A model generated the notes under the pieces. That model ran no database searches. It was given only the letters and a program-made list of their open reading frames with translations, and had not been told where the DNA came from. Shown here piece by piece: positions 61,550 to 64,000 of a stretch of 64,000 bases of DNA. Position numbers and translations under genes: made by a program. Source of the stretch: an uncultured bacterium (GTDB lineage: Bacteria > Chloroflexota > UBA5177 > JANWHV01); contig CAVSOU010000007.1 in the NCBI GenBank assembly GCA_963729625.1, forward strand, positions 1 to 64,000, written 5' to 3'. Within the stretch, counting starts at the first letter, position 1. Every line of letters starts with the position of its first letter.

Positions 61550-63928
61550 CTAGACAAGAGTAGGCACCTCCAGCTCGGACAGCGGTACAGCGGTCTTGCA
61601 TTTTGGGTAACCAGTGCAGCCAAGAAATGGCTTGCCCGCGTTCGAGCCTTTTCGCGCCAGACGGACAGCCATCGGTTTGCCGCAGTTTGGGCACGTACGT
61701 CCAGCCGCGAGGGCACCTAACTCCGTCGGCACGGAGGGCGCCTCCGATGCAGTACCATCGATAGCGACAATACCTTTGCACGACGGGTACTTAGCGCAGC
61801 CCCAGAACTTGTTCCCGCGGCCACGACCCTTGAAGGCCTGGCGAAGCACCATCGGGCCTCCGCACTGCGGACAGGGCGGCGCTTCCTTGCCATCGGGCGC
61901 TTCAGGCTGCGCCTTCGGAGGCTTGTACTTGCATTCCGGGTAGTTGCTGCACGATACGAATGTACCGAACTGCCCCGCTCGCTTAACGAGATCGCCACCG
62001 CATTGAGGGCACGTATCGCCAGTCGGCTCGGGCGCAGGCCCTGCAACCCGCTTGCGTCCTGCCTCCACTGCCTCCGCTACCGCCGGTAGGAAAACGTCGG
62101 CGAAACGACGAAGCATCGCGCGTGAGTTCTGCTGCCGATCGGCGATGCGGTCTAAGTCCTCTTCGACCCGGGCAGTGAACGCCGGATCGACGAGATCCGG
62201 AATCCGCTCCCGCGCCCAGTCGGTCACCGTGAGCGCAAGAGGAGTCGCCTTAAGTGCGCGACCTTCCCTGACCACGTAACCACGCTCAAGAATGACGTCG
62301 ATTGTCGGAGCAAACGTACTCGGCCGCCCGACACCGCGGTCCTCCAGCGCTTTGACAAGTGAGGCTTCGGTATATCGCGGCGGCGGCTTTGTCTCGTGAC
62401 GCTCTATCGATCCATCCACCGCAACAACGCTCTCACCGTTTGTCAGTTCCGGGAGTTCCTGTCCGCCGTCATCCTCGTCGTCGTCTCGCATGCCTGCGAC
62501 GTCAAGCCAGCCCGCGAAGACAATACGCGAAGACCGCGCTCGCGCGCTGCACTCGCATCCCGCGGCTTCAACATCGGCCCCACGCCTGTCATACACCGCG
62601 TCCACAGCCTGGCAAGCAAGAAAGCGCAGGCGAATGAGGCGGTAAAGACGCCGTGAATCCTCGTCGAGGTCGCTGCCAACCGACTCGATTGCCGGATCTG
62701 TGGGCCGTATACACTCGTGCGCCCCCTGGGCGCCGGCTTTGTTTGCATACTGTCGTGGCTCAGACGGTACATACTGCGCTCCCCAGCTTGCCGCCAAGAC
62801 CGCGCGCGCAGCCGTAACCGCATCTGCTGCAATGGCGACGCTGTCGGTCCTCATATAGGTGATCTGGCCGCGCTCGTACAAGCTCTGGGCGGCAGCCATC
62901 GCTCGCTTTGGACTGAATCCCAGGCTTGAGCCGGCAGCCTGTTGCAACGTGCTTGTAATGAACGGCGGATTCGGTCTTCGCCTGTATTGCGTACGCTCAA
63001 CCTTGTCGACGGACCACATGCTGCCAAGCACGTGCTGCAAGGCACGGCGAGCGGCCCCCTCGTCGGCCAGAACTGGCGGCGTACCCTCAGTGATCTTCAG
63101 GTCCGCGCCGTCGAGTTGGCGCAGATCGGCGACGAATCGGATTCCGTCGCGCTTCTCGAACGTCGCTTGGACGGTCCAGTACTCGCGAATATCGAACGCG
63201 GAAATCTCGCGCTCGCGGTCGGCCACCAAAGCCATGGCAACGCTCTGCACACGGCCCGCGGACAGACCACGACGCACAGTCCTCCAGAGTGCCGGCGAGG
63301 CCTTGTACCCCACCATGCGGTCGAGGACCCGGCGCGCCTCCTGCGCCTCCACAAGGCCGTCGTCGATGTGTCGCGGATGTGCCAGTGCCTCCCGAATAGC
63401 CTTTGGCGTGATTTCATGAAACTCAAGGCGATCGGGGTTCGTGGCTTGGAGGAGACGCGCCACATGCCAGCCAATGGCCTCACCTTCCCGGTCCGGGTCA
63501 GTCGCGATCACGATACGCTGCGCGTCGCGCGCCGCGGACTTCAGGGCAGCAAGATCCTTTGCCTTGCGCGAAGGAACCTCATACACCGGCTCAAAGGTGT
63601 CTTCGTTGTAGCCGAGACCTTTCTCGGGTAGGTCGGCAACGTGACCCCTGCTCGCGATGACTCGAAAGGACGAGCCAAGTATCGTGCTGATCGTCCGCGC
63701 CTTCGTCGGCGACTCGACGATCACCAGGGTGGTGCCTCCACTGTCGCTTCCCTGCCCGGACGAACGGGTGGAGCGCGATCTCGCCACAGGTGGAGCTTCC
63801 TGGACGCCCTGGCGCACTCCTTTGGCGCCGGTGCCGCCCGCTACTGGCGGATCATCTTCAACGACTGCCGATCGCGGGCGGCGCGCCTGCCCACTGCTTG
63901 TCTTGGCCAACGAGTCACCTCTATACAT
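61550..63928 (-). CDS. topA: DNA topoisomerase I with three C4 zinc ribbons
   Basis: LVIVESPTKA, ATDPDREGEAI, SAGRVQS, ITYMRTDS (catalytic Tyr), GRPST; 3 CxxC..C....C repeats. Confidence 0.97.
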   Translation of the reverse strand: MYRGDSLAKTSSGQARRPRSAVVEDDPPVAGGTGAKGVRQGVQEAPPVARSRSTRSSGQGSDSGGTTLVIVESPTKARTISTILGSSFRVIASRGHVADLPEKGLGYNEDTFEPVYEVPSRKAKDLAALKSAARDAQRIVIATDPDREGEAIGWHVARLLQATNPDRLEFHEITPKAIREALAHPRHIDDGLVEAQEARRVLDRMVGYKASPALWRTVRRGLSAGRVQSVAMALVADREREISAFDIREYWTVQATFEKRDGIRFVADLRQLDGADLKITEGTPPVLADEGAARRALQHVLGSMWSVDKVERTQYRRRPNPPFITSTLQQAAGSSLGFSPKRAMAAAQSLYERGQITYMRTDSVAIAADAVTAARAVLAASWGAQYVPSEPRQYANKAGAQGAHECIRPTDPAIESVGSDLDEDSRRLYRLIRLRFLACQAVDAVYDRRGADVEAAGCECSARARSSRIVFAGWLDVAGMRDDDEDDGGQELPELTNGESVVAVDGSIERHETKPPPRYTEASLVKALEDRGVGRPSTFAPTIDVILERGYVVREGRALKATPLALTVTDWARERIPDLVDPAFTARVEEDLDRIADRQQNSRAMLRRFADVFLPAVAEAVEAGRKRVAGPAPEPTGDTCPQCGGDLVKRAGQFGTFVSCSNYPECKYKPPKAQPEAPDGKEAPPCPQCGGPMVLRQAFKGRGRGNKFWGCAKYPSCKGIVAIDGTASEAPSVPTELGALAAGRTCPNCGKPMAVRLARKGSNAGKPFLGCTGYPKCKTAVPLSELEVPTLV

Positions 63929-64000
63929 GAAACATGAAGCTGATGGCTCACCGCGCGACCCGCCTCGGCGGGTGCCCCGGTCGCCCAGCCAGGTTACTTT

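Overview
High-GC bacterial DNA whose gene content (AroH, A2-type caa3 oxidase, multi-GAF kinase, CxxC-x17-CxxC protein, DUF3048) suggests a Chloroflexota-like monoderm; the taxonomy is inference. In order: (1) 1-3.6 kb, a GH3 C-terminus plus three broken genes; (2) 3.6-13.4 kb, an intact divergent sugar-catabolism locus of unknown substrate (UroD-like enzyme, ABC importer, fucose-isomerase-like, NagB-like, PfkB, LacI) with readable promoters and operators; (3) DUF3048, VOC, argG, LacI; (4) 19.4-32 kb, the best candidate novel system: a diguanylate cyclase facing GtrA, a 1351-aa processive GT2 with about six tandem MshEN-like repeats, a small membrane protein, a polyprenol-P glycosyltransferase, two NarL regulators (one frameshifted) and a kinase with a degenerate LOV-like PAS; (5) HldE-like kinase, aroH, pcrA, two GTs, tRNA-Gln followed by an integrase remnant, a 7TM protein and an MFS; (6) S1 protein, glgP, an orphan infC coupled to a zinc-ribbon gene, the cox operon, a WYL regulator with an unannotated 37-aa membrane ORF, RNase P RNA, a multi-GAF kinase, a probable 6S RNA and topA. 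All calls come from motif recognition by eye; no searches were run.
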